A stretch of DNA of 64,000 nucleotides from assembly GCA_964019335.1 (NCBI GenBank), contig OZ025649.1:62001-126000 (forward strand), read 5' to 3'. Below the pieces are notes generated by a model, which saw nothing but the letters and a program-made list of their open reading frames with translations, made no database searches and was not told the DNA's origin. This DNA comes from Diplonema japonicum. Lineage: Eukaryota > Protista > Euglenozoa: Diplonemea. Positions 21,601-35,300 of this stretch are shown one piece after another; the stretch's first letter is position 1, and each line of letters opens with the position of its first letter. The position numbers and the translations under genes were made by a program.

Positions 21601-24600
21601 GCCGCTCCTTCCTTCAATGGCACTGAACAGCAGGCACCTGCACAAGTAGTACTGACCTCAACAGAGCAGTCCCTCTCGGTGTCGTGTAACAAAGCAAGTG
21701 ACGGGGCACTCTTGCCTCTCGCTTCGAGCTCTGCAGAAGAGCCTACACACAGAGACGCACAGAGAGAAGTGAGGCTTGAATCCGTAAGTGAAATGCTGGT
21801 CCAAGGTACTGATGTCAAAAAGTCTGAGAAAGTGGAACTCATGTCAACAAGTGAAGGTTTAATGACCCGTTCCACTTTTGCACAACATAGTGAGACAGAA
21901 CCAGAACTTGTGTTTACATGCGAGACTTTGGTGTCGTCAGTAGGATTCGAACAGACGCATCACGAAAGGCAAAAAGTAGAACTGCTTACTTCCCAGAAGC
22001 TCTCTGAATTGCGGGTCTGCGTCCCCCTGTTTGAGGTACAAGGCAATGAAGAAAAGCAGGAAGCGCAAGAAGGCTCTGCAGATAAAATGGAGCTCCTTCC
22101 TGTGCAGCATACTGTTTCCAACCCGGCGGGTCTGGATCTCCCTGTTTCGGATGCGCCATGCAGTCCGGTGGCACAGCCAGAACTTTTAATCTCGCAAGAG
22201 TCTCTGACAACTCTTGCTGAAGGGGGCACAACGCTCTTCCCGATGCACGCGGAGATGTCCAGCCCGAGTATGAGGCAACAACCGCTGTCTACTTCCACCA
22301 CGTCGTGTGATGTAAAACTCTTCTCAGCCACCGAGACCCTCTCGAGTCCTAGAAGCGCTGATGTTCTAGCAGCCGCTCCTTCTTTCAATGACACCGAACA
22401 GCAGGCACCTGCACAAGTACTGATCTCAACGGAACAGTCCCTCTCAGTGCCATCTGGTCTGCGTCTGCAGCAGCAACTGTTATCTCCTTCCAACACGTCG
22501 TGTGATGTGAAACTCTTCTCAGCCACCGAGACCCTCTCGAGTCCTAGAGGCGCTGATGTTCCAGCAGCCGCTCCTTCCTTCAATAGCACTGAACAGGAGT
22601 CTGCACAAGTAGTATTGACCTCAACAGGGCAGTCCTTCTCGGTGCCATGCAGAAGAAGTGAAACACACACACCAAGCAAGACTTTGGTATCTGAAAATGC
22701 TGAACCCGCAAGTTCTAGTGCGCAAGAGCAGCTGAAAATAGAATCAGAAAGCCCACCACAAGTAGAACTTATGATAATAAGTGAGACCACGACGATTGCA
22801 GTTGCTGGCTTTGAAAGGTCTGCAAGAGAGTGTGTGTCTACAGAAGCATGCCCCCCCTCGTGCGGGGATGCCGATGGTGAACAACCGCACATTGTCGTCG
22901 AGAGGAAACACGCCGTGGAACTTGAAACAAGCAGTACAACCTTAGTGACACTTGGTGATAGGAACACCGTGTATCAGAAATCTGTTCCAAGCACTCCAAC
23001 ACAAGTGGTGCTGACCTCAACAGAGCAGTCCCTCTCAATGTTATGCAACAAAGCCGATTCTGAGAGACTCATACAGTCTGAGCAGGATTTCCCGAAGCAC
23101 AGCACACAAGATAAACGAGACCATGTCAAGCAGAAGATTGAGCTAATGTCGGTCGAGACTCTGCTAACCAGTGATAGCAGTCCGGATGTTGTAGTTGAAG
23201 TCCAACAAGACGTGGAACGCGCGTTGGTTATCAAGGAAGAGACAACTGACCCAGATAAAAAGTCAGATAATATTCCTCTCGCGCAACAGAATGAAGGGCT
23301 TGTACCTGCTTCATCACAGCTCTTTGTAGTCGAGCACTCGAGCACTAAGATCGCTTCGACTCCGGTGCAGCACACTTGGGCGCCCACTGCAAGCTCGCAA
23401 GCCAAGTCTCCACCACATACCAGAATACCTGTGAAGTGTGCAAGACCCGAGCCTAAAGCTACTGCATCAGCACCCGATACTAAAGGAACATCTTACGCAA
23501 CGACAGAATCGCCGACCTCTGACGATGCCTTCGAGTCAACACTAGAGATAGAGCAGAATAAGCACCCGCTTAACCCTTTGAAAACTGTCCCCCAACAAGT
23601 CATGTACTCCGCTAGTGTCGACACATCGTCGGAGAGGTACGCAGCAAGCTCTGTGCATGTAAACAACAATGAGAGGGAGGAGGAAGGCATGCTCTCAAGA
23701 ACTCAGAACAGCCAGAAAGAGAAAGTGTCTAGCACTTGCGACGTGTACAGTGACCCTAACATAGAGAGCACAAGAAGGGACCTCACGGGTACCTCGGAAG
23801 CAAATCTGGAGACCGACTCTGAAGAAAACTCAGCCGTAGGTGCTTCGCCGTTTTCTGATGTGGAGTATAAACCTTTGCTTGCTGAGTTCATTGCTGGGAC
23901 CATCAAACCCCACTACTACAGGAACAGGACGGAAGCCTGGCTTCAAAGGCTAGTTACAAGTCAGAGTCCTTCTTTTGGTTCCTCTCTGTCCCCCTTCAGA
24001 GAAGGAGTAGATGTAGGTCACGAGTTTCTTCCTGAGCAAGCCACACCTAGACCACCAAAATCCCCTGTTGGGAACGAGACTCATATCCTTGGTAGCACGG
24101 GGAGAGACATCGAGCTTGACATCCACGACGTGGACAGCCCGCTGTCGCACTTTTTAGGTGGAGATCTTGCTGGTTTTGTCATACGCACGCCATCACCGAT
24201 ACTCATGACTAAGGAGTGCAACTATCAGGCATCGCGCACACCGAGCTGTGCGTCACTCGAGGCTGCTGTCTCGGTGAACGAGGATCCCGTGTTCAACTCG
24301 AGGTCGCATGGCAGTGCTGAAGAGCAGGTTAGTGGCACACAACAGACTCCCCGTCCAACCACACCGCAGCACGACATACAAAGTCACCCCAAACCTCTCT
24401 CACCGCAGCCATCATTCAGTGCAGTTGAGAAGCCTTCAATGCATGTCACAAGCAAAGACTCCGGATCGGAGCATCCCCAAGAAACGGAGGCCAGCAAGCC
24501 TGGTCTGTCGTCAGAGGAGATGTCCGTCGACAGTGCCAGTAGTAGGCATGAAGCGGTCTTTGAGCACAATGTAGACAGGGCTGTAGAGAGGGCTGAACGA

Positions 24601-26187
24601 CACAAAACAGACACGTCACCGTTGCCGGAAAGCAGGATATTTGTGAATCAGGAAGAGACAACCAATGTGCGACAAAAGACTCCTGCTGTGGAGGCACATC
24701 AGATGTCGTCCGTAGCCACAATATCAACCCCTGATCCAGTGGTGGCTTCCCTAGCGGACTTGGAAACAATGGTGGTTTCGACTGTCACCACCGGAAGCTT
24801 GATTGTAGTGCCCTTGCTCGAGAGCAATACTGAAGTTGTGACCATCGCAACAGCAAAAGAGATAAGTGATGTGACAACGAAGGCACGTCTCACGCAAGCT
24901 GCAAGGCAGGTGCCTCCCGAGAGAGGTGCATGCTTAGACGTTGCAGCAGACAACAACGCCCCTGAACCTGTTTGGGATGATGATGTTATGGAGCTACCTG
25001 CCATTGCTGTGATACGGACACCACGTGCTGACAACAGAGTGCTCCCACAGAGTGCTAGTGTTGCAGTTCGAGGCTCGGAAGATACCAGACCATTGCTACC
25101 CACCCTTACGGCTGAGGGTCCGCGCATGCATGCACCAACGCCTGATTTCGAGAGTAGCATTTGGGAGTCCAAGAACACTACCCCACAAGGAACCGACCCT
25201 GAGAGTTCTGCCTTGTCGCCCTCGGGGAATCAAATATCTTACCCTGCTGTAGAAAGGTGGCTTAGCACCAAAGAAGGGCGTAAGGTGTCGCCCCGTGACT
25301 TAATTGCCACTGCTGATCCTAGCAATGACAGCACGTTTGACATGCCCCACGATGGAAGGGAAGCAACAGACCGTATCAGGCAGTTGACTGCAGAGCTGAC
25401 TGACGCGAGGGCCATGTTGTGCGAGGCCTGGAATGAGATCAACAAAGTTGTGCATCTGTCATCTGTCACGAAAAAAGAGAACATAACTTTGAAGAGCACT
25501 TCATCTGAGGTTACGCGTGAATTCTTGCTACAGCTAGAGGAAGCTGAGGAAAAAAACAACAGTGAAATACGGAAAAAGGAGCAGCAGATCGAAGTGTTGC
25601 ATGAAAAGCTGTACCGGGTGACAGAAGAGCTTCGGGAGAGTGTTGTGGTGTTGTCGATGTCGCAGCAGCTTTCACGTGAGGCTAAACAAAGCATTCTCGA
25701 GCACGAAGAAACAAGGTCAGAGCTTGCAGCCTCGCAGCGTGAAATAGGGATGCTGCGGGAGAAGCTCGAAGCAAAAGACTCGATGGTATGAGTGCATGTG
25801 AGGGGCAACACACCCACAGATCGCACAGCTGCAATGCATGTACAGGACAGCTGACAATGTGAGCAACATGAGCGACAGCATGAAAGTATGACAATGTACA
25901 CTTAACTATCAACAACACAGAGCGGACAACTAGAGATATTACGGATGGAGAATACTAGGATACAGACAGAGCTCAGCCTTCGGTGCTGTGACTGCTCGTC
26001 AATGCGGCAGCAGCTCGCTGCAGTAGAAGTGATGAATGAATCGCTCCAAGCAGAAAACGACAGGCTCTCGGAGCTTATTATACACGCAACCAACTCATTG
26101 GAAGAATTCAGGGAGGCGATCAAGACACCCGTTCCGGAGGATCTGCCCCCGCCCCCCCCGACCTGGGACGTTCTCATTCTCGAATGA
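15688..26187 (+). CDS. Giant low-complexity/repeat protein with CCHC knuckle, R-S-ExE mono-ADP-ribosyltransferase domain and C-terminal coiled coil; join(15688..25785,25820..25885,25921..26187), ~3,476 aa
   Basis: CANCGVQGHHTLRC (16447-16488). LWMYT..IFSEVNWAMR..LYRG..WPSFNSCT..SQYPEEKELLLSPF. Two GTATG..CACAG introns join the 25945-26187 ORF in frame. Confidence 0.8.
20860..22650 (+). repeat. Coding repeat array (~186-204 nt units, SCDVKLFSATETLSSPRxADV)
   Basis: Six clear copies: four in tandem at ~20.9-21.7 kb and two at ~22.3-22.65 kb. Segment 21121-21398 is identical to 22288-22565. Confidence 0.9.
25786..25819 (+). other. Micro-intron (34 nt)
   Basis: GTATGA...ACACCCACAG; removes the apparent stop. 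Confidence 0.85.
25886..25920 (+). other. Micro-intron (35 nt)
   Basis: GTATGA...CAACACAG; joins the downstream ORF in frame. Confidence 0.85.
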
Positions 26188-26345
26188 AGGCCCCTTCCCC
26201 TTGTTTTATTCTACAGTTAGATACTAGTACTTGTTATTGTCCTAAGTTTAAACCCCACGCTACCCCCCCCCCCCCCCCCCAACTTGCTTTGTATCAGATA
26301 TTTACTTCTTTTTATGTGGTAAGTTGTCACCCCACTTCAGGATGT

Positions 26346-29300
26346 ATGTTTCGCGCTCTCGTCGCAGCGACATTGCTGCTGCACAGTGTTGCCGACCAGC
26401 AAGCGGGAAGCTACGAATGGGGGCTTGTGGGCAGTGGCTATGGGGTGAGTGCGAAGACAGCGGCCTATGTCTTTAAAATAACGCCACTGGATGGTGTGGC
26501 GTCGATATTAACAGATTTACAAAGTAACAGTGGAATGCAGAATGTTTTGTTTATGTTTAGTACTGACACAGGGTGTACTGTAGCCGGTGCTGCTGTGACC
26601 TGGCAGACACCGTTTGGGAACTTGCCGTCTGCAACTTGCACCACATCACGAGCAACAAATTGCGTACACAACTCCACCTTTGGAAAGGCTTCTGTGGCAG
26701 TGCCCACAGTGACCACTCAGACTGTCTTCTACCTGTGCGCTGCCGTCCACAACCGCATCCTCGCTGCACCGGATCCCTTCCTCAACACTGGCATTACCTT
26801 CACCATCCTCCCTGACATCTCTCTTCCTGCTGACCTCTACTTTTATGGAGGTGCTTATCACGGTTGCCAATGCTACCCCTCATGGACCGACTCGGGGATG
26901 ACTTACTCTGGTTGCGGTGGCTCCGGAGCTACTCCCTGGTGCTACGTCATGAACAACTGCGGCCTCTCAACCAACTTCATCTGGAATACTTGTGGTGCGT
27001 ATATCGGTTACAAGACAGCCTTCACTGCCGGGTACAATCTCACAGGGTTTTCGGTGTACCCTTTCGATAAATGTGATGGCAGTGCTTCGGACGTGATCAG
27101 GGCGGCCAGTGCCCTGCCTTTTGAAAACAGCCAGCTGAGTATCCCTGTGGGAACCCCAGTAGAGTGGGTAGGGAAAAAGCTGTGCTTTGGCGTTAGCTCT
27201 AACGAAGTGAACAGCTTTAACATTGATCTAGGGATCACTGTACAGGGCTCAACGAGGGCCTATGTAGGGGACACTGACATCGCGCAGCTCAAGGTGTTGT
27301 ACTGGGCAGACAGTGACGCAGTGTTGAGAGTCACATTTAATGAGGCAAATGCCGTGATGACAGGGGTGCTGAGGATATCATGTGATGTCGCGCGTAGCGG
27401 GGAAGTATCTGCCCAGAACACAGGACAAGGAATCGTGCTTGCTGTACCCGACACCGCTGAAGAGTACATTCTGTGCCTGAAACCCAGCAGCACCGTTTAC
27501 ACAACAGACTGGAGCGTCGCAGAGTACATGTCAACATCGACAAGGGTCGTGCGCAGCGATAGCATCTTCCAGGTGAACGGAATAGTTAACGGGACCATCA
27601 CCTCTGCAACCTCTGATGCGTTAGTACTAACCTCTTTGTACGCAAAGTATTATAGAGTGATCACATATGGTGGATCTTGCACGAGTATAATTAAAACACT
27701 TTCGAATAATACTGGTGAACTTGTTCCCTTAGGGAGGTACGGATTGTGTCTTGTGGGTGTTGCAGGTTATGTGCACCAGGTAGACATCACAATTGCGGTA
27801 CTGGGGATCAGTAGTATTGCGGGAATTAGTGGAGGCGAGATACCTGTGCTGAAGACCTACCCTGTGACTCTGACTGTCACACCTGACTCTAGCAACACTG
27901 AGGCCCTTACCCTTGGTGTTTTCCCCTCCGGTTCTTGTCCTGAAGGGGTGTACGGCAAATGGCTCGATGTGTCAACAGCGCTTCTCTTAATCAGTGTGCT
28001 GGATGCGACGGTAACACTTGACTTCTACGAAGGCGTCACAACTGGTAGCGAAATTTGCATTACAAACGACACAGCGCCCTACAGCCAAGGCTGGATGTCT
28101 TCTGTGTGGTCGATACAACCGTACACCATGGACATCATGGGCGTGACATTGCCCCTCGCAAGCGATACACCTCTACCAGCTGTGGCGGGATACGATAGGT
28201 CTTTTAACTTCTCTGGTGTACCGAGTACTGCAGATTTCAAACTGTCTATCGCAAGAGGCACAGGCAGATGCTCGGGAGGGGTTTGGCCAGCTGCCATCGG
28301 CAATGTGATGACTGTTCCAGCTGCAACTGTACAAAGTCACCTGCACTTGAACGGCAAAGGCCGGATCTGCATCTCGTTCACTAAAGAAATCTCGTGGCAG
28401 GAGACAACAATGAGTTTCCATGTTTTGAGCCCCTCGCTGACACAAGGCCAACAGGGCGGTGTCATTGTCATCGCTAATGAGAACTCGTCTATCACCATCA
28501 CGGGGACAGGCGCTGAACTATTGGCCAGGCAAGTGACAGCATATATTGTGGTTACTGATAAGAGTACCTCTGTCAGCACGGCACCTGTGGCGCTGACAAC
28601 AACATCTGTTACCACTGAAGCTGAGGCAGTGATGAACATCTCGGCACTTGGGTTGCCCGACGGCAGCACACTTACGATATCCCTACGTCTGGCCTCATCT
28701 GGGGCAGATTGGGTATGGTACGACCTTGCCGATGTACAGTTCAGCTTGCGGTCACTACTACTGGAAAGGGTCAGGAACAACGTTGCTAATGGCAACAGTA
28801 AGTGGATAGAAGCAGGCACGACACAAGCCCCCGTAACACTTGGTTTCGTGTCTGCCTTTATCCCTTATGTGTTCGAAGTGGCTGGGCTGAGCCTGGTTGC
28901 TGACGGAGATACCACAGTGCTCGCCTTGAGTGAGGCGAACGATTGCTCGAAGCTTACAGCTTCAACTGCAACCATCATTATAGATGCAAACCATCTCATG
29001 ACCATCCCGAGCCAGATATTCACCAACTCCACAAAGTCGCGTCTCTGCATTGGCAGCCAGGCTAGCCCGACGAGCCGTCTTTACGATACCGGCTTTATGA
29101 TCAACACAGTCCCTGCCCCATCGTATTTCACATATAACAACGAACCCATCATTGATGTCTTTACCAGCAATGTTAGCGGTCCTGTTGCAAATCGCTATAA
29201 CTCCTTGAACGACCCCATTGTGCTGGCTCTGTCAGGCAGTATCCTGACGCTTACCGCCTCTCTTACTATTGGCACCGCAGACACCGTTTACTCACAACAC

Positions 29301-32300
29301 GACCCTGCTACCTATAGCATATGGGCCAGACTTTCGGCCTCTCGCTGCGACAGTTCAATCCCTATGGAAGGAAACAGCAGTGTCTTCTCGATGTACGACA
29401 CAACATACCAGGGCAACAGTAGCCAAGGTGTAGTGGTGGGTTCTGCTGTGCTCACTGTTGCTGCTTCTGTCACGAGAAACATTCAAGGCATGTGGTGGCT
29501 CTGCCTTGCTGTAGGGGATGGCAATAGTGAACCACTGATCTCGCAGTACTACATACCAACACAGGTTAAGGTCCTCAGCAGTGGTCTTCTTCTGGGAGAT
29601 ACCGATTCTCCAGCTTTTTCATATAGTGGGAAATCAGACTCGCCAAGCGCCTTAGCGGTGTACCAGTACGGCACTGCTTCTTCTACAGCTCTCCTTCGTG
29701 ATGGTAGTGTGCAAATAAGCAGTCGTTTTAGTAAAATATGGGATCACTTGAGTCTATATTTGGTGGAAAGTACGCAGCAATGCTCAGTCCTCACAAACGA
29801 GACAAATTTTCTGTACTATGATCACAATGACCTACTGGTGGACTTTTCCTATGCACGTTCCAACTTTAATGTCATCGGTGCATATTACAAAATATGTGCC
29901 GCTGTGACGAGGCAACTGCCCTCTGTTTCCTCTAGTGACTCCCATTTGATGTCATCAACCGCTGCAATTGACACGCCTGTTATGTTTGCTCCGTATGAAG
30001 ACACAGGGCTGTTGCTTGCTGTTGTGGGTTTGGACAAGTTCGGCTCAGTTGCATTTAGCAGCAGCAGCAGTGAAGTTCCTGTTGCCCAGTGGGAACGTCT
30101 TGGGGTTTTTAGCGAGACGTCCCTCGACATTGATGTGCAGTTCAACCCTTTCGCGGTTGTGACTGCTTCGCTCTTATCACCGACATTTGCCGGTAGTTTA
30201 ATTGGGTTCAAGTTCGTTACAGGTACAGATTGCAGTGTGAGCTCAACAACGTACGGCGTGGTCGCAACAGGCTCTGGGTACAATGTCCACTACTCAAGCC
30301 TTGGTGTGAACATGGACAGTGAACTGCATGTCTGCATGGCAGTCAGGATGACAAAGAACAACGTAGGGCCACTGGTGTGGAATCTTGTCCCTGTTGTTTT
30401 GTATATCATTCCCTTCCAGCACATCAACTCTGTGAGTACCTCAACAATATCTTTCTTCGATGGTGTACCAGGGGCCTTCACAGTTTGCCTCCTCACGGAG
30501 GTCTGCACCTCGCTGACCGCTGGAACATTGTATCTTAAGACCGAAGTCTCTGGCGCTTGCAACTCAGGAACTTCGACGGAGGGCGCCTTGATTTACGATA
30601 GTACCAAGGGGTGGTACTTCGCCCTCTCTGTCGCCTCGACAAGAAGCAGTGGACTGCGCGACATGTGCTTGAGAAAGAAAGGAGAAGCATGGTACGCTGT
30701 CTTAACTATACAAGTGCAGGTACTGGAGCTGCTAATAGCCGGGTTCCCCATGGGGCAGAGCAACGAACTAGTTGTCTCTCGTAAATCCTCTGCTGTCACT
30801 AGCGATACCTTTGATATCAGCGTTCGCACAACTGGGCAGAGTTTTTTTGGAATTCCTTTATGGGTTTACTTCAGTAAGCTCGGACAGTGCAGCGTAGCTA
30901 CAAACCAAGAGGCTGTGCAAAGTGTCAGCAGCACTCCCATCGCTGTGAACACGTGCTCTGGCAACATCCCCCTTACCTACGCTGACCACGCGCTTTCTAA
31001 AACATCTGACATCGACCTTTGCATTGCTGTGGGGTCAAACGAGAACACTGCACCTTCCAAGCTGTTCTTCGCAAGTACTGGCATCGTGTACAGAGTGATG
31101 AACCCTGCTCGGTACGCGTTGGAGGTAGAACCAGGTGATGTCAGCTACAGAACGAAGGAGTTGCAAATATCACCTGTACTGAAATTACTGGACGAGTTCG
31201 GTACACCCGTCTCATCTCTGTCAAGCATGCTGACCATCAGCAGGAGTGTAGAGCGGTGTGTCATGAAGGGTGTGGAGCTATGCGTACAGCAGTGCGAGCT
31301 GGATGGCCTGCATGGCACTGTCGATGAGAACATGGTGTTGGATGAGAATACAACATGCACGCAGCACTGTGAGGGCCTTAGCATGGATGACTGTGTGGAA
31401 AGTGACTGGGTTGACGATTCTACACACAATCCGCTAAAACAGGGCTCCCCAGTGCTGCCTTCGCAATTCTTGAGCGATGGTGGCCGTATTACTGTTGCAG
31501 ACATCACAGTTACTGCCAGTCACCGTGTGTGGTACAGAATAACTTTTTTCTCAGGTGCTAGCACTGGTCTCGAGCCTGTTGTATCCCGCCCGTTCCGGTT
31601 GGGACCTTGCTACGAATGGTGGAATGGGAACTGGAGCGACAGTCGAGCCCGGTTCAATAGCACACGGGTCGGGGCCTCGTTCTACTGGACAACGGCCACC
31701 TATGCTGTACCCAACTCAACAGAGTGCAGAGCGTGTCCTGAAGGGGCTGCCTGCGATGGCTCCACTGAGATACGCACAGAAACTAACTACTGGCGCCCCA
31801 ACGTCAATAGTCATACCTTTTATAGTTGTTTGTCTCCAATAGGGAGTGAATCCTGTACTGGAAATACGGTATGTTGCTTGCTTTGCAAACCTACAAGCAG
31901 ACTACTGGAACATGTGTCTCAGGCTACCAGAGACACAGGTACGACAATAACCTGACGTCCTTGCCATCTTCATCGGACCCTTTACTCCAGGATGACAACC
32001 CGTTGTGCACCTTGTGCGATGATGGGTACGGGAAGCAAGGAAATTCACAAAAAAAGTGCCAGTCGTGTCCTGCGGACTGGATGTATGTTTGCAACATGAA
32101 ACAACACCACCAGGTCATGGGTCGCCGTGATTCTCGGATTTATCGTCATCTTTGTTGTACTGCTTGCGATGGTGCTGTCCACTTTGAAGAGCAGTAGGGA
32201 AAGCAAGAAAGACGAATTCACGATTATGGTCAAGGTATGCAACAAACCACAACACTAACACACTTGCAGATGCTCATCACGCACTTGTCAATTGCATCAT

Positions 32301-35300
32301 TGACGGGTAACTTTGGGGCAAGGCTGTCGCTGCTGCTGCAAGAGATCCTCAGGATAGAGAAAAAAGCGTCAGGCCAGATCGTGGGGGAGATGGTGTCCGT
32401 AGACTGTGTGATGGAGGTTAACTACTATGACAAGTTTATTGTTATCATGTTGCTGCCGTTTGCCTTCAGCGTCTTACTGGCGTTGTTGTTCGGACCTGTG
32501 ATGAATTTCCTGAAGTGGCACTTCAGAAAGAAGAAGGTGAAGCGGGAGGTGTTGAGAGATATGGCGTGGTTTGGCACGCGGCGACAGAGTTCGCTCCTGG
32601 ATATCTCAGAGACGTCATCGGCGACCAACAAGGTGTACCCTGCGCCCGACAACCTGGAGATCGACGACGTGAGCAGCGGGCAGGAAATGGATACAATGAC
32701 ATCGGAGAGGACGATTGTAGAGAAGGATCAAAGGAGGAACGAGATAAAGAGAAAACTGCAAGACATCTTCGACAGGCTTGACAGGAACAACAACGGGTCC
32801 CTTTCCAAGATAGAGGCTAAGAAGGGTTTCTCTCAAGACGCAGAACTGCAAGCCATCATCATGAGTAGGTTCGGCACCGACGGGATCAACGAGTTCTGGG
32901 ACAGCTTGGACGACGATGGGGACAAGGAGGTGACCTTCGATGAATTCTCAAGGGAGCTAGAGACCTTCATGGACGAGAAGCAAGTCAAGATCGACATGGA
33001 GAAGCTGGATGATAAAAAGGAGGTTGAGGAGGACGAGCTCTCTGTCATTGACGCCCATGAGGATGAACTGGGGGCAAAGCTAGGCTTCAAGTCAAATGAG
33101 CTTCTGCGTGCCTACGTGGCATCAATGGTGATCTTCCTCGTCATTATCTACCCGAATGTCTTAGAGACAGCAGCACACTTCCTACAGTGCGACGAGTACG
33201 ATTGGGGCCTTGTCGACCCATTGGACTCCTCACTTACGGCCTTGAGGAACACACGAAGGATCTTTAGGCATGACATGACACTCGACTGTGATGACAGCAA
33301 GTTCAGAAGATTCCAGCTTGCAGCCATTTGCTGCCTTGTCGCATACGGTGCTGGAATCCCCTTAGGCGCTATTGTCATCTGCAGAATCGTCAGGGGGAGC
33401 CAAGTACCCCCTGAAAAGGAGCTCCCTGAAGAACGAATTCGCAGGCTTGAAGGGCTCAAGAACTCTAAAATTATGTTTGGGTTCCTCACTGCAGGGTACA
33501 ACAAGAATACGTGGTACTGGGAGGCTGTTGTGATGCTGCGAAAGTGCATCATGGTGGTTATCAGTGTGTACGTGAAAGGCACCTTCTCTACTTACATAGG
33601 AATGTGGACTATGTCCGTCTTCTACCTCCTGCAGAGCAAGTACCAGCCGTACAACCATGCCAACCTGAACAAGCTGGAGGGCATATCCATTTTGGTGATC
33701 ACGATGACGCTCAACTTGTCTCTGCTCTACAACAAGGAGACCGGCAACTTCGATAACAACTCAACCAACACCTTTGAGGTTATTGGCTTCTGGGCGCTCA
33801 CAGTCTTTTTGTGTCTCATAAATGTAGTGCTGGTGCTGTACTTCGTGTATTGGATTGCATGGTACCTCTTAGACCTTATTGCTAACATTCTGAAGGACAA
33901 GCTCGAATTGATCAACAAGCTAGGAAAGAAGTTTCCTGCTTCCATTCGGATATGGCTTGTGTCCAGGTGCAACGGGGAGGTGATCTATGCTCGTGACGAG
34001 TCAACAGGAAGACGCAAAGACATCGAGGGATCATCGACTTTGATGCTAATCGAAGACCAGCGATTCCTTGGAGAACTGCGCAAGAATCTAACAAATATGG
34101 TATTCCTGAGGAGGAAAGAAGTGACGCTGGAAGACGGGGTCATCGAAGAGGTTGTAGAGTCAGACGAGGAGCTCGAGTGCGATATAACAATCGGATCCAG
34201 AGTGCAGAGATCGTCGAACTGGGAAGATGACGATGACAGCGACGAAGAGATGGTCGACATGTACTACGACTTCGATATCCCGACGTGCATGAAGTTCATA
34301 ACACCCGACGGCGATATCACGTTCGTCGACACAACTGACGAGTACAACGGGATGCCTATGTGGCGCGAGGAAAACGGCACACGTACCCTCCTTGTCGAAG
34401 CGGAAGGCAACTGGATCATCGCCAACGACTCATGGTTCAGGTCCCAAGAGGACTCTGTCATCTATCGGAGCCGCTTCTCCCACGAAGACATCATGCCTCA
34501 GAGCCATCACGGTTGGTGTTACCCTTCAGGCGAAACTGTTCAAATCACTGTAAACGCACCTCCTGACGGTCCCCTAGGCACAGTCGTGGCTATCGATGAA
34601 ACAACAGGCCAGTGCAGGGTGCATTGGGATGCCACTGCTGACAAGCAGCCGCTAACACCGAACATCACTTACCTTCACCCTTTGGGGAACGTAGAGCTTG
34701 CGGGACCCGATGCGGGGGAGTGGCAGCTAATCACCGGCACGGATATCCTCCATTGTCCTTTGGAGAAGGTGCTTGCCTTTACAAGATGGAAAACGACAGA
34801 CCCGCACGCGCGGCACTCGAGCCACACAGGGTGGAACGAACGTATACGAGCTGTTATAAAATATGTCCCAGGAGCGTCAGCTGACGATAACCCTCAGTCA
34901 GCTAAGTCGAAGGTGGTGTACAGCGAGTCCTGTGCGCTGGGGTGGCCTCTCGATGACAGGTTCCCCGGTGACCAGCAGGGTTCCCTTAGGTCCTGCTTTG
35001 GTGCAGCACCACTTGAAGCCCCTGTTGCCTCGTTTTCAATGAGTGAGAAGATTGCTCATGGGATGAACGGGCAGTATGAAGCTTCTGTTGAGCTTCTCAA
35101 CCGTGCGCTCCCTGGGACTTCTGTGGAGTTCGAGTACTGGCTACCATCAACGCCAAGTATGGTGATCGAGCCGTTAGTCTACACCATCGAGACCAAGAAA
35201 CGCTACGGCAAGGTGAAGCTGGAGAGGGTGTCGACAATCACGGAGCCAGGCTTCCAGGTCTGCGTGAAGTGGAATGCCAAGGCGGGCAATAGGGGGTTCA

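Noticed and set aside
20860-22650. Repeat array as a CRISPR or mobile element
   Set aside because: The units are in-frame ~190-nt coding repeats without unique spacers, cas genes or terminal repeats.
20838-22967. Long minus-strand ORFs (345 and 335 aa)
   Set aside because: They are shadows of the coding repeat array and have no independent motifs.
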